This document shows positions 1-8,703 of a stretch of 27,437 nt of DNA, piece by piece. The notes beneath the pieces were generated by a model, which was given only the letters and a program-made list of their open reading frames with translations, was not told the origin of the DNA and ran no database searches. Made by a program: the position numbers and the translations under genes. Source of the DNA: a virus (Duplodnaviria > Caudoviricetes); IMG/VR virus record IMGVR_UViG_3300032305_001156, positions 1 through 27,437 of that record. One strand, 5' to 3'. Within the stretch, counting starts at the first letter, position 1; the number at the start of each line of letters is the position of its first letter.

Positions 1-1236
1 ATAAAGGTATGCAAACTTCAGGGTACGCAGGAAGTCCTCCTTAGATTCATGACGATTTAAGTGCACTTCTACAAGTGTACATAGTTCGTATGATTCCAAT
101 GGCTGCTCCGCACATGGGTTAAATCCCATCACACGATAATCCTTACCGTCTGGCGCATCCTTTAGTCGTCCATAATTACGAGCAACATCAAGCCAGATAA
201 AACCTGGTTCTCCGTTTTCTGTAATTAAATCTACATAGTCTTCATATTTTGTTCCTACCTCTGCTGAAATAGAATTGTTAGACATCCAAGCCCAACCTGG
301 ATTATCTGGGTCAAACGAGTTACGCTCTGGAAATAGTTCTGCGTTCTTTAGATTCATAAATGTTTCATCACCTGCATTACCTAAAGCAAGAGTTGCTGAT
401 CTACGAACATTGCCTGATACCACGCAGGTACCAATAAGGTTTACCAAGTCTACGATAGCACGAGAGTCTAGTGTTTCTCCGCCTCTGGAGCCGATTACAC
501 GGTCTATCTGGTCGTGCAACTTGATAAGAGGTGCAGGTCCTGATGCAACGCCTCCAAAGCCCTTGATAGGGGCTCCAAGGGGTCTGATCAAATCATAGTT
601 GAACTTCTGAATGCTCTGGTTTGCTCTAAGGTATGAGTTAATAAGAAGTCTCACTGACTCTACCCATCCTTCACGAGTGTCTGGAATTTCGAACACCTGT
701 TCTGGTTCTGTTGGGGTATAGATTGAGAAATTCTTATCCTGTCCCACTGTGTCAAACCCTACACCAATGCCAAGCATCAGTGCATCCATAACCCAAGCAA
801 ATAGGGCTCCTGGATCGTTCTTATCAAGGTCTTTTGTAGATACCATTGCACAGTTCTGTAGTGCTGCTGAGTTCTTCTTCTCCATAGTCATAGGAGTTCC
901 AAATGCCCACATACCTCGTCCTGGTGGTGTCCACTTCAATTCAAACATTCTTTGGAATGCTTCTTGTGCAGACTTCTGTGCTTTGTAGTCATTCCATGGT
1001 AGACGGTTTTCTTTAGCATGATTCTTTTGTACTGAATACATACCCTCGATTACACGACGACAAACTTCATGCCATCTTTCCTTAGTTCCATCTTCCTTCA
1101 TACGAGAATATGTACGAATAAAAGTAATTTCTCCAAGTGAATTTTCTGCTGCATCTTTAAACCCAAATGGGCTTTCTTGGCTTTTGTACTTTTCTACGAA
1201 GTCCTCTGGAAGTTTAAAACTAAAAAAATCTGACAT
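1..1236 (-). CDS. nrdJ: Class II adenosylcobalamin-dependent ribonucleotide reductase (monomeric RTPR type), 3' end outside window
   Basis: Not in the ORF track; translated by hand from ATG at 1236: MSDFFSFKLPEDF...LGEITFIRTYSR...ERWHEVCRRVIEG...KWTPPGRGMWAFG...ALQNCAMVST...LMLGIGVGFD...GFNPCAEQPLESYELCTLVEV. Has the NC and NPCAEQ...LC active-site motifs; SD AAAGGA just upstream. Confidence 0.95.
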   Translation of the reverse strand, partial: MSDFFSFKLPEDFVEKYKSQESPFGFKDAAENSLGEITFIRTYSRMKEDGTKERWHEVCRRVIEGMYSVQKNHAKENRLPWNDYKAQKSAQEAFQRMFELKWTPPGRGMWAFGTPMTMEKKNSAALQNCAMVSTKDLDKNDPGALFAWVMDALMLGIGVGFDTVGQDKNFSIYTPTEPEQVFEIPDTREGWVESVRLLINSYLRANQSIQKFNYDLIRPLGAPIKGFGGVASGPAPLIKLHDQIDRVIGSRGGETLDSRAIVDLVNLIGTCVVSGNVRRSATLALGNAGDETFMNLKNAELFPERNSFDPDNPGWAWMSNNSISAEVGTKYEDYVDLITENGEPGFIWLDVARNYGRLKDAPDGKDYRVMGFNPCAEQPLESYELCTLVEVHLNRHESKEDFLRTLKFAYLY

Positions 1237-1270
1237 GTGATTCGTCCTTTCAAAAACGGATTAAGACTTA

Positions 1271-1279
1271 ATTATAGCA
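1271..1279 (-). promoter_or_regulatory. Extended -10 promoter (TGCTATAAT) for nrdJ
   Basis: Exact TGnTATAAT match about 35 nt upstream of the nrdJ ATG. Confidence 0.65.
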
Positions 1280-1303
1280 GAGTTTTCAAAAAAGTAAAAC
1301 TCT
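1279..1303. promoter_or_regulatory. Inverted repeat (AGAGTTTT-N9-AAAACTCT); weak terminator or operator
   Basis: Perfect 8-bp AT-rich inverted repeat between the SDR stop and the nrdJ promoter. Confidence 0.35.
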
Positions 1304-1336
1304 ACCTAAAGTTATGGTTGATAGTTATTTAAAAAC

Positions 1337-1999
1337 TCATTTACCACTAAGTATATGATTTATTTCTATATGATTAATGTTTACATGCTTGGGTAAACTT
1401 GCTACCCACCTTATAGATTCAGCCATGTCTTCTGCTGTTATAGCAATTTCTCTTTTTTCTTCTTGTGTATCAATAGTTCCTGGGCAAATCTCAGTAACCT
1501 TAATTCCATAATCTGGGAACTCTAGCCTCATTGTATCTACTAATGCCATCATACCTCTCTTGGCATTCGTATAGTTTCCTCCAGACCTATATGCAAATTT
1601 ACCACCTAAAGAACTGATAAAAATAACTGTTGCAGAATCTGACTTTTGCATAGACGGAATAAAGAGTTGAGACAAGTACATTGGTCCAGAGACATTGATA
1701 TCATAGGCTATTCTAAAATTATCCATAGTCTCATGAACAATATGAGTTGGACCAGACCCACCTCCCGCATTATTAACAAGCAAGTCTAAAGTTATATCTT
1801 TATATTTTTCATAAAACTCTTTAATCTCAGACTCTTTTGTAATATCAAGTTTATAGATCTCCACATTGTCAGATTCCAACTCTGATATTTTTGACAGATT
1901 TCTTGAAACTGCAATAACTTTGTAACCGCTTTCAGACAACAGTTTTACAGTTGCATATCCAACACCCTTACTTGCGCCTGTGACTATAGCAGTTTTCAT
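1337..1999 (-). CDS. Short-chain dehydrogenase/reductase, YdfG/3-hydroxy-acid dehydrogenase-like
   Basis: TGASKGVG Rossmann motif, NNAG, catalytic S...YTNAK, and a C-terminal AEDMAESIRWVASLPKHVNINHIEI resembling YdfG-type SDRs. Confidence 0.9.
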   Translation of the reverse strand: MKTAIVTGASKGVGYATVKLLSESGYKVIAVSRNLSKISELESDNVEIYKLDITKESEIKEFYEKYKDITLDLLVNNAGGGSGPTHIVHETMDNFRIAYDINVSGPMYLSQLFIPSMQKSDSATVIFISSLGGKFAYRSGGNYTNAKRGMMALVDTMRLEFPDYGIKVTEICPGTIDTQEEKREIAITAEDMAESIRWVASLPKHVNINHIEINHILSGK

Positions 2000-2011
2000 A
2001 GAAACCTGTAA

Positions 2012-2722
2012 CTACATCATTTGGCTTTTATGTCCAGGATTTAGAGCCATGTCATTATGTATCCAATGACCAGGAACCATATATTTAAACCCTGTCTTTA
2101 CAAGATGTGCTGTGTGATAGTAGGGTGCAGATGATGGGAATATTATAATACTTCCCGCTTTTGGCTTCACTGAACACTTTATTTGGTCCTTGCTGAGAGC
2201 CGAAACATAGTCTAAATCTGCAGAAGGATGAGTCTTTACTTGGTCATAATCTGAAAGCATAAATGATATTTCTCCGCCTTCAAAGTCATCGTTTAGATAC
2301 ATGACTAAGGAATACCTAAGAGTCTTGTCTCCATCAAGTTGATCGAAGTGTGCCCCCATTGCAGAGCCAACAGAGTATTTCTTAATATTAAAAACTGGGA
2401 ATAGGTTTGGAGTATCTGTATCTCCTAGAGACTCTGCATAGTCTTTACAAACATCATAGAAGGAATCCATGATCGTTTGATAGACCTCTGTCATTTTTGT
2501 TTTGTATGGCTCATCTAAGCCTTTTATTCTGTTGATGTCAAATGACTGAGTAGTTCCATAGATAAAGGTCTTGTCATTTGAAGATGTCCAGTCGTCCCAT
2601 AATGACTTGCCATCTGCAATGCTCAATCTGTCTAGATCGTCAATATTTTTCATAAGTTGTTCAAAGTTTTTTACACCATCTTCATAGTAGTAAATCTTTT
2701 CTTCAAGAATCTCTTTTTTCAT
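2012..2722 (-). CDS. 2OG-Fe(II) oxygenase, prolyl-hydroxylase-like
   Basis: HFD...YLNDDFEGGEI...IIFPS...HTAHLVKTGFKY (HxD...H triad, Lys at the 2OG-binding position). Confidence 0.9.
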   Translation of the reverse strand: MKKEILEEKIYYYEDGVKNFEQLMKNIDDLDRLSIADGKSLWDDWTSSNDKTFIYGTTQSFDINRIKGLDEPYKTKMTEVYQTIMDSFYDVCKDYAESLGDTDTPNLFPVFNIKKYSVGSAMGAHFDQLDGDKTLRYSLVMYLNDDFEGGEISFMLSDYDQVKTHPSADLDYVSALSKDQIKCSVKPKAGSIIIFPSSAPYYHTAHLVKTGFKYMVPGHWIHNDMALNPGHKSQMM

Positions 2723-2738
2723 TTTATCTCCCTATCTA

Positions 2739-3398
2739 TTAATACTTGTTGTCATTATAAAAACCTGAAGTCTTTATAAATCCAACTAGCACATATCTTA
2801 TTGGACCATCTCCAACGTGCCTAACACCATGCTCATACTCTAAGTTACCTGGAAAAAACAAAAGAGTACCTGGCTTAGGCTTTAACTCTATCCCTAGTTT
2901 TGGGAAAAACAATTCTCCGTCTACATAGTCATCGTTAATATAAACAATTGTAGCATACTTAATTGATGGATCTGTATTTTGATCTGTATGCGATTTCAAC
3001 TCGACACCCGACTGCATTCTTTGAATTGTGGCAAGACCACTTAAATGAACGCTATCGTCTGCCTTCATAACCATATCGTTTAACTTTGTATATAGCGGAG
3101 CATATATTTCGTGGTGTGTTATATTGAAGTTTTTATCTTTCCAGTTTTGGGTTATTTCAAATTTACCTTCAGCAACAAGATTTTCAACATCATCTCTACC
3201 AAACTTTGTCATACAAAAGTTTTTTAGATTTGCGTAATACTCAACCTCCCAGTCTGGCTGAGAAGTCGAATTTATAATATCCCAAAAAATGTTTAAATCT
3301 TCATTGGACAAAAAATTTTCAATAGATATAAGTTCTGGTGCTAACTCTTCAAAAATGAAACCATTGTCTACTAGTTGCTTTTTAAAAGACTCAATCAT
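2739..3398 (-). CDS. 2OG-Fe(II) oxygenase, prolyl-hydroxylase-like
   Basis: IENFLS; HTD...YINDDYVDGELFFP...EHGVRHVGDGPIRY. Confidence 0.9.
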   Translation of the reverse strand: MIESFKKQLVDNGFIFEELAPELISIENFLSNEDLNIFWDIINSTSQPDWEVEYYANLKNFCMTKFGRDDVENLVAEGKFEITQNWKDKNFNITHHEIYAPLYTKLNDMVMKADDSVHLSGLATIQRMQSGVELKSHTDQNTDPSIKYATIVYINDDYVDGELFFPKLGIELKPKPGTLLFFPGNLEYEHGVRHVGDGPIRYVLVGFIKTSGFYNDNKY

Positions 3399-4146
3399 TT
3401 TTTAATTCATCAACCTTATATTTATTTCCGTCAAGGCCTATCTTGTATCCATCTTTTAGAATATCTTGCCACTCTGCTCTTTCAATTTCTTGCTTTGCTC
3501 TAGTGGCTTTCATTTCTTCTGCCCAAGCATCTCTCAGTTCTTGTGGGTATGCATCTTCTTCTCTATCATCCCAGAATGAACCAATGGTATATCTTACGCC
3601 CTTGGTAATCAAAGTTACTTCATGCATATTATTAAATCCACCATCGAAGACGGCAAGCATTCCAACCTTTGGCTTTATCTCTATTTCTTGATCTGGGAAT
3701 CTAAGAAGACCGCCTTCAAAGTCATCATTTAAATATAAGAATCCAGCATATCTACTTCTTGTAAATGCTCCAGAGTTACCTTCATGGTCTGTGTTATCTG
3801 AATGCACACGAGCAAAGGCTCCTGGCTCCCACTTCTGGGTATGATAACCAATCTTAGAAATTATCTTTGGATCTAAACTATGTATCGAAGCAATTGCTTC
3901 TGGCATAGCATTTTCTATATCAGAAAAAATAGTTGGCTCTAGTCCAGCAGAAATGACAGACTCGTCGTTATCAACTGGAAGGGTCGAGGAGTATGACTCA
4001 TAAAATGATATGGGCATCCAAGAAAGTGTTTCATCTTTTGCCTTAGACTCTAGAACTTGTATCATTTTTTCTGCAACCGCTGGTGTTATAAAGTCTTCGT
4101 ATACAACAATATCCTTGGTTATTCTTTTTTTATTATTTAGGTTCAT
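3391..4146 (-). CDS. 2OG-Fe(II) oxygenase, prolyl-hydroxylase-like
   Basis: HSD...YLNDDFEGGLLRFP...MHEVTLITKGVRY. Confidence 0.9.
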   Translation of the reverse strand: MNLNNKKRITKDIVVYEDFITPAVAEKMIQVLESKAKDETLSWMPISFYESYSSTLPVDNDESVISAGLEPTIFSDIENAMPEAIASIHSLDPKIISKIGYHTQKWEPGAFARVHSDNTDHEGNSGAFTRSRYAGFLYLNDDFEGGLLRFPDQEIEIKPKVGMLAVFDGGFNNMHEVTLITKGVRYTIGSFWDDREEDAYPQELRDAWAEEMKATRAKQEIERAEWQDILKDGYKIGLDGNKYKVDELKND

Positions 4147-5045
4147 TTGATTCTTACACCATCCTCAATATAACTTCTTGGCAAATTTGCCTGTCTAAAG
4201 TTTTCCATAATCTCTTCTTGCATGCTAGCCCAAACCTCTTTACCAAACTCTTCTTCCTTTTGTTTCCACTCTTCAGAGCCTTGTGAATACTTAAAAAGAA
4301 ACATTCTTAAAAAATACTTGTTGTCACCACTTGTGATTGGGTCTACAGAGTGTAGATAAACTGTTCCATCTTCTGTTAAGAAATGAGGATTTCCAGATGG
4401 GAATATAAGAATGTCTCCTGCTTTTGGCTTATGCCTATATAGGTTTTTTCCAATAGCAAAATCAATCTCTCCGCCACTATAATCGTCATTAAAGTATGCA
4501 AGTATTGTTATGGCAAACTTATACCCTGGACTATCTATAGGCTCTCTAATGTAGTCTGAATGGTATGACATGCTTAATTCTTCTTTACCCTCATAACCCT
4601 CCTTATATCTACATATTGCTGGGTGGCCTTTTTGCCAAAGAGTAACGACATTTCCATCATCATCAATTTCTGTTTTTGACATATCAACATCTAGGTTATA
4701 TCTAGAAATATAAGAATTAACTGCCTTGTCTACACTATCTGTAAGTTCTTTCATGAACTCAACTTGATCTTTTTTTATATCACTATCTACTTTTAAATGA
4801 TCAATCTTTACTGGGCTTAAATGCCAGTCTACATGTTTTGAAAGAGGATTTAGATATTCTCCAAACCTTGACCAAGGCTCCCACTCACTGAAAAATCCTT
4901 CTTCTTTAGAAGTTGTGGAGTCAACTAAAGTTGAGTACATTTTTTCTATATTCTTAAAAGTATTTCTGTATAAAACAATTTTTGGGTACAGTTCTTCTTC
5001 TACTGCACTCTCTAAAGTCTCAGATATGGCGTTGTCTGTACTCAT
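4143..5045 (-). CDS. 2OG-Fe(II) oxygenase, prolyl-hydroxylase-like
   Basis: YHSD...YFNDDYSGGEIDF...IFPS...LHSVDPITSGDNKY. Confidence 0.88.
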   Translation of the reverse strand: MSTDNAISETLESAVEEELYPKIVLYRNTFKNIEKMYSTLVDSTTSKEEGFFSEWEPWSRFGEYLNPLSKHVDWHLSPVKIDHLKVDSDIKKDQVEFMKELTDSVDKAVNSYISRYNLDVDMSKTEIDDDGNVVTLWQKGHPAICRYKEGYEGKEELSMSYHSDYIREPIDSPGYKFAITILAYFNDDYSGGEIDFAIGKNLYRHKPKAGDILIFPSGNPHFLTEDGTVYLHSVDPITSGDNKYFLRMFLFKYSQGSEEWKQKEEEFGKEVWASMQEEIMENFRQANLPRSYIEDGVRIK

Positions 5046-5046
5046 T

Positions 5047-5721
5047 CTATGGCTTTCTATCGCCCGTATGCTCTAATATCTCCCAAAAGAATGGACATGT
5101 ATATCTTAGAGAGCCTTTTACCTCTGTTACCCCATGAATATATTCTTTGTCCCCTGGGAAAAAATATGCTGCGCCACGCTTTGGCTTAAACTGAATTCCT
5201 TGTAGTGGGAAGTACAACTCTCCACCTTCATAGTCATCGTTTATATAAAACAAACTTGCTATGTCATAATTTGGAAAATCATTTGGCTTTCCTGCATCTG
5301 GACCTTCATGAAGTTCTTTGTCAGCATGTGGATGTTGATATTGTCCTGGTAGCCATTTTACAATTGTTTGTCCAGTTGGCTGAGCCTTTACCTGGAAAAA
5401 CTCTTCAACTATTGGTTTTAGTCTTTGAACTAATCCTGTAATTATTGGGACAATTCTTGGATCATTTGCATCCAAAGATGGGCTACTGGCTACCCTATCT
5501 TTCCAAAATCCAGCATCGTAAACAATAGTTCCATTTTCATTTACATGGCTTTGTGTTACATCCCAGACAGTCAAACTTCTTGCTGCCTGATCTAAGAAGT
5601 TTACCTCTTCTTCAGTCATAAAGTTTTCTAACTCAACTATATTCTCTATGCCATTTCCAAAAAATCCAGATGGAGTTGATGATGGCTTCCTAGTTACCTC
5701 AATAGCGTTTTCTATGTTCAT
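5047..5721 (-). CDS. 2OG-Fe(II) oxygenase, prolyl-hydroxylase-like
   Basis: LENFMT; HAD...YINDDYEGGELYFP...IHGVTEVKGSLRY. Confidence 0.9.
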   Translation of the reverse strand: MNIENAIEVTRKPSSTPSGFFGNGIENIVELENFMTEEEVNFLDQAARSLTVWDVTQSHVNENGTIVYDAGFWKDRVASSPSLDANDPRIVPIITGLVQRLKPIVEEFFQVKAQPTGQTIVKWLPGQYQHPHADKELHEGPDAGKPNDFPNYDIASLFYINDDYEGGELYFPLQGIQFKPKRGAAYFFPGDKEYIHGVTEVKGSLRYTCPFFWEILEHTGDRKP

Positions 5722-5723
5722 AT

Positions 5724-6470
5724 CTATATTATATCATCATTGATTTTATTAAATGATGACTCCCCAATCAGTGTGTTGTCTATAACGGTTAGTTTTAAAG
5801 ACTTTGTTTCGTGAGAACCAAGAGACTCACCCTTTTCATTTACTGCATTCCTATACCAGTCTGTCCATTGTCCAGAGGTATTTATAACCTGTGCTGCTGA
5901 GCCATATTCAATATTGGCCTTTTCTCTTGACCTATCTTTGTCTGTATATTCTATTATCTGAATTACACTATTATTTAGTGCAGACAAAGATATTGGAATT
6001 ATTGTAGCAATTGGTGTTCCAGACTTTATAACAACTTCTTTATTTGCAGTCTTTGCTTTAATTGCCAAAGGTAATGGGTTGTCGTAAAATGAGGTGCTTA
6101 TCAAGTTAGACATTGTTTCAAAGTCATCGTTAAAATAGTTTACTGGATTAATTGTCAAAAGGCTTACTTCTTCTTCTGTTCTAAACACTAAACCTGTGTT
6201 TAAACTAACAGAAGATTGCCCTCTTCCAGCATATGCATCAACTGGATTAGATATAGTGATATGTTGATCTGTTTGGTCATTTGTTCCATCCCAAGTAAAG
6301 ACTATATCTTGTGTACAAAATAGACTCCAGCCAACAACATTTGCTTGGGTTACTGGAAAGCATCTATAAGCATGCTTGCCAGAGGTTTCGTCCATCCAGT
6401 CTCTTTTAATTGACATCGGTGTAATCTCAAACAAAGATCCCGTCTGTTTTTCAACCGATATATTTAACAC
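5724..6470 (-). CDS. DUF6065-like protein
   Basis: KRDWMDETSGKHAYRCFPVTQANVVGW and C-terminal KSGTPIATIIP match my recollection of DUF6065, which often lies beside 2OG oxygenases. Confidence 0.7.
   Translation of the reverse strand: MLNISVEKQTGSLFEITPMSIKRDWMDETSGKHAYRCFPVTQANVVGWSLFCTQDIVFTWDGTNDQTDQHITISNPVDAYAGRGQSSVSLNTGLVFRTEEEVSLLTINPVNYFNDDFETMSNLISTSFYDNPLPLAIKAKTANKEVVIKSGTPIATIIPISLSALNNSVIQIIEYTDKDRSREKANIEYGSAAQVINTSGQWTDWYRNAVNEKGESLGSHETKSLKLTVIDNTLIGESSFNKINDDII
5728..5736 (-). promoter_or_regulatory. Extended -10 (TGATATAAT) 6 nt before ATG 5721; leaderless-type promoter
   Basis: TGATATAAT-ATAGAT-ATG; no SD. Confidence 0.6.
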
Positions 6471-6475
6471 GAAAA

Positions 6476-7126
6476 TTAGTCTCCAACGTACATTTCTGGA
6501 GTGTGATACTTCTTGTTATAGTCTAGCATTGTAACAATAGAGTACTTCGTTCCAGATGTTACTGGCATTGCTTGGTGTGGATACATATAGTTTGAAGGGA
6601 AGATATATAGATCTCCTGCTTCTGCCTTTACCTTTAGGTTTTGCAATCTAAAGAATAACTCTCCACCTTCATAGTCGTCATTTGGATAAGCAACAAGAGA
6701 GACTGTGCAGTTATAAGAAAACCCATGATCGTGGTGTTCTTGAAAGTGCTGACCTGGACCGTACTTAATAAAGTTAAATGCTTCCCAATACTTTAAACCA
6801 TTTATGTTATAGTCACGACTATAGTCTTCTACTGCTGGAAGTTTTACATCATATAAATCTTGCCAAAGGGACTGAAGTTTTAGGGATGTCTCACTTTTGT
6901 CAGGCTCGATATCTGTCTTTTTAAACTTAAAGTCAACGCAGTCTCTGTAGTCTGGCATTAACTGCTGGTACCCAACATATGCAGGCTGCCAACTATATCC
7001 AGTAGTATCTCCTACTGGCTTTAGGTAAGACTCAATTCGATTAACAACATCTATATCTTTATTGATTACTCCTCTATAGCATGTTATGCCATTTCCAAGG
7101 TTAACCTTTTCTGTCCATGTTTGCAT
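6476..7126 (-). CDS. 2OG-Fe(II) oxygenase, prolyl-hydroxylase-like (paralog of 7912-8622)
   Basis: EAFNFIKY...HHDHG...YPNDDYEGGELFF...IFPSNYMYPHQAMPVTSGTKY. Confidence 0.92.
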   Translation of the reverse strand: MQTWTEKVNLGNGITCYRGVINKDIDVVNRIESYLKPVGDTTGYSWQPAYVGYQQLMPDYRDCVDFKFKKTDIEPDKSETSLKLQSLWQDLYDVKLPAVEDYSRDYNINGLKYWEAFNFIKYGPGQHFQEHHDHGFSYNCTVSLVAYPNDDYEGGELFFRLQNLKVKAEAGDLYIFPSNYMYPHQAMPVTSGTKYSIVTMLDYNKKYHTPEMYVGD

Positions 7127-7135
7127 TTATAGTCC

Positions 7136-7909
7136 TTATCTATATTCTCTTCTTGACCAAACTTTATTTTTATATACCCCGCCGTCAGGCTGTCTATAGA
7201 AGTTTGCGTTATCTACCATTTTACCATAGATTTCAGAGGGGTTTAAAATTTCTATTTTGTGTTCCCAGTCTTCTCTTTTAAACGGGATGACTTGTAGATA
7301 TGGTGTTCCTGCAGGAATCGTTCCTTCCCAACCATCTGCAAGAAAGAATGGAAAACTTCCTAATATGTGAACTTTATCTGAATCTACAATTCCAGTAGTG
7401 TTCATAAACGGAAGATCGTATCTATTCATAGGTGTCATAAATAATGCACTATATCCTTCTGGAAGTTCTAATCCCCAGTCAGACATCCAAGCAAAGTGGT
7501 GCTTATAAAACCCTTTTGGATGTTCAAATTGTGGCATAGGTGGTCTTTGTGTACAAAAGTCTTTATAGTTGGGATCATCTATTTTTACATTAATTATTCC
7601 TTGGTTGTTTTTAAAAAATGTTAAGTCACAAGGAGTTTTAAATACATATCCTGTTGAAAATGCATCCATAATGGCAGGGCATGCTTTCCATGTAGGAATC
7701 TTTCCATAATCATCAGTCGTGCCTTCTTTTGGAAATGGACAAACCTCTTTTGGCGCTTTAAAGTAGTCTCCGTTTGGCATTTTAGCAAACCTATCTGCAT
7801 CTTTATACCATTGTGGGATTACAGACTGTGTTGGTGATGGAACAGACTTACTCTCTTTGTTTAGCCAAGGCCTATATCCTTTGAATATTGCTAAATTTGG
7901 CTTTATCAT
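7136..7909 (-). CDS. DUF6065-related phage protein (start probably ATG 7909)
   Basis: IPQWYK...TWKACPAIMDAFSTGY...LPEGYSALFMTPMNR...GIVDSD...IPAGTPYLQVIPFKRE; shares the conserved-Cys segment and GTP-x-x-x-x-IP motif with 5724-6470. Confidence 0.6.
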   Translation of the reverse strand: MIKPNLAIFKGYRPWLNKESKSVPSPTQSVIPQWYKDADRFAKMPNGDYFKAPKEVCPFPKEGTTDDYGKIPTWKACPAIMDAFSTGYVFKTPCDLTFFKNNQGIINVKIDDPNYKDFCTQRPPMPQFEHPKGFYKHHFAWMSDWGLELPEGYSALFMTPMNRYDLPFMNTTGIVDSDKVHILGSFPFFLADGWEGTIPAGTPYLQVIPFKREDWEHKIEILNPSEIYGKMVDNANFYRQPDGGVYKNKVWSRREYR

Positions 7910-7911
7910 AA

Positions 7912-8622
7912 TTAGTGGCTCAGTTCGTTGATATCTGTCATAATTACAACGCAATACTTTGTTCCAGACTCCATTGGAAGAGATGCATGCTCATAAATAT
8001 AATTTGATGGGAAAACTGCTATATCTCCAACTTTTGGCTTATAGACTAAGTTATCTAGTCTTGGAAACTTTAGATCCCCGCCAACATAATCGTCATTTAT
8101 ATATATAACAGCCGATACCGTACAGTTGTATGCTGGTCCATGATCCGCATGGATATTAAAATGCGTTCCAGCGCCTTCATACTTTACAAAATTAAAGGCT
8201 TCATAGTAAACTACATTAATTCCCCAATATTTTGCGTAGTCATCTATGCAGTACTTTAACTTTTGATAGATTTCTTCGTGCAGATCTATTAATTCAGAGT
8301 TTGTTTCATCTCTTGGTCCCAAGTTTTCTTGCTTGTATTTAAAGTCTACAGCATCTCTTGCTTTTTTAATTGGAAACTTAGAATTTGTTACTTGTGCTTC
8401 TGACCAATTGTATTTACCACCTTTTGACAGATTAGACTCAAGTGTATCTATATATCTTTTAGAATCTTCTTCAGAAAATGTATTAGAATATACATTTAAT
8501 CCAAGTCCTAGATTTTTAACCAATATAGAGTTATCTAATTCTCTTTCTGGAAACCTACTTGATGCTGTCTCAGATCTATCTTTTGTAAACCATGGATTTG
8601 AGTTTTCATCATAAGTGTTCAT
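7912..8622 (-). CDS. 2OG-Fe(II) oxygenase, prolyl-hydroxylase-like (start probably ATG 8622)
   Basis: EAFNFVKY...HADHG...YINDDYVGGDLKFP...VFPSNYIYEHASLPMESGTKY; GAGGG SD before ATG 8622. Confidence 0.92.
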   Translation of the reverse strand: MNTYDENSNPWFTKDRSETASSRFPERELDNSILVKNLGLGLNVYSNTFSEEDSKRYIDTLESNLSKGGKYNWSEAQVTNSKFPIKKARDAVDFKYKQENLGPRDETNSELIDLHEEIYQKLKYCIDDYAKYWGINVVYYEAFNFVKYEGAGTHFNIHADHGPAYNCTVSAVIYINDDYVGGDLKFPRLDNLVYKPKVGDIAVFPSNYIYEHASLPMESGTKYCVVIMTDINELSH

Positions 8623-8649
8623 AACTTTACCCTCTATCTGTCTATAGAT

Positions 8650-8689
8650 AAAAGTATACCACACCAACGACTGTCAGTGTGGTAATACT
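8650..8689 (-). terminator. Hairpin terminator after the FN3 gene, overlapping an extended -10 (TGGTATACT, 8653-8661) for the oxygenase cluster
   Basis: TACCACAC (8657-8664) pairs with GTGTGGTA (8677-8684), extendable across a bulge; short U-run follows on the minus strand. Confidence 0.5.
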
Positions 8690-8703
8690 CTTATTCTATT
8701 TTA

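Noticed and set aside
275-988. Plus-strand ORFs 275-598 and 749-988
   Set aside because: Antisense to nrdJ, which has clear catalytic motifs.
2012-8622. Oxygenases as TET/JBP or AlkB DNA-modifying enzymes
   Set aside because: Motifs (NDDYxGGEL, FPS, H...R/K-Y) fit the P4H-like group, and no methyltransferase or base-modification genes are adjacent. Not formally excluded without a profile search.
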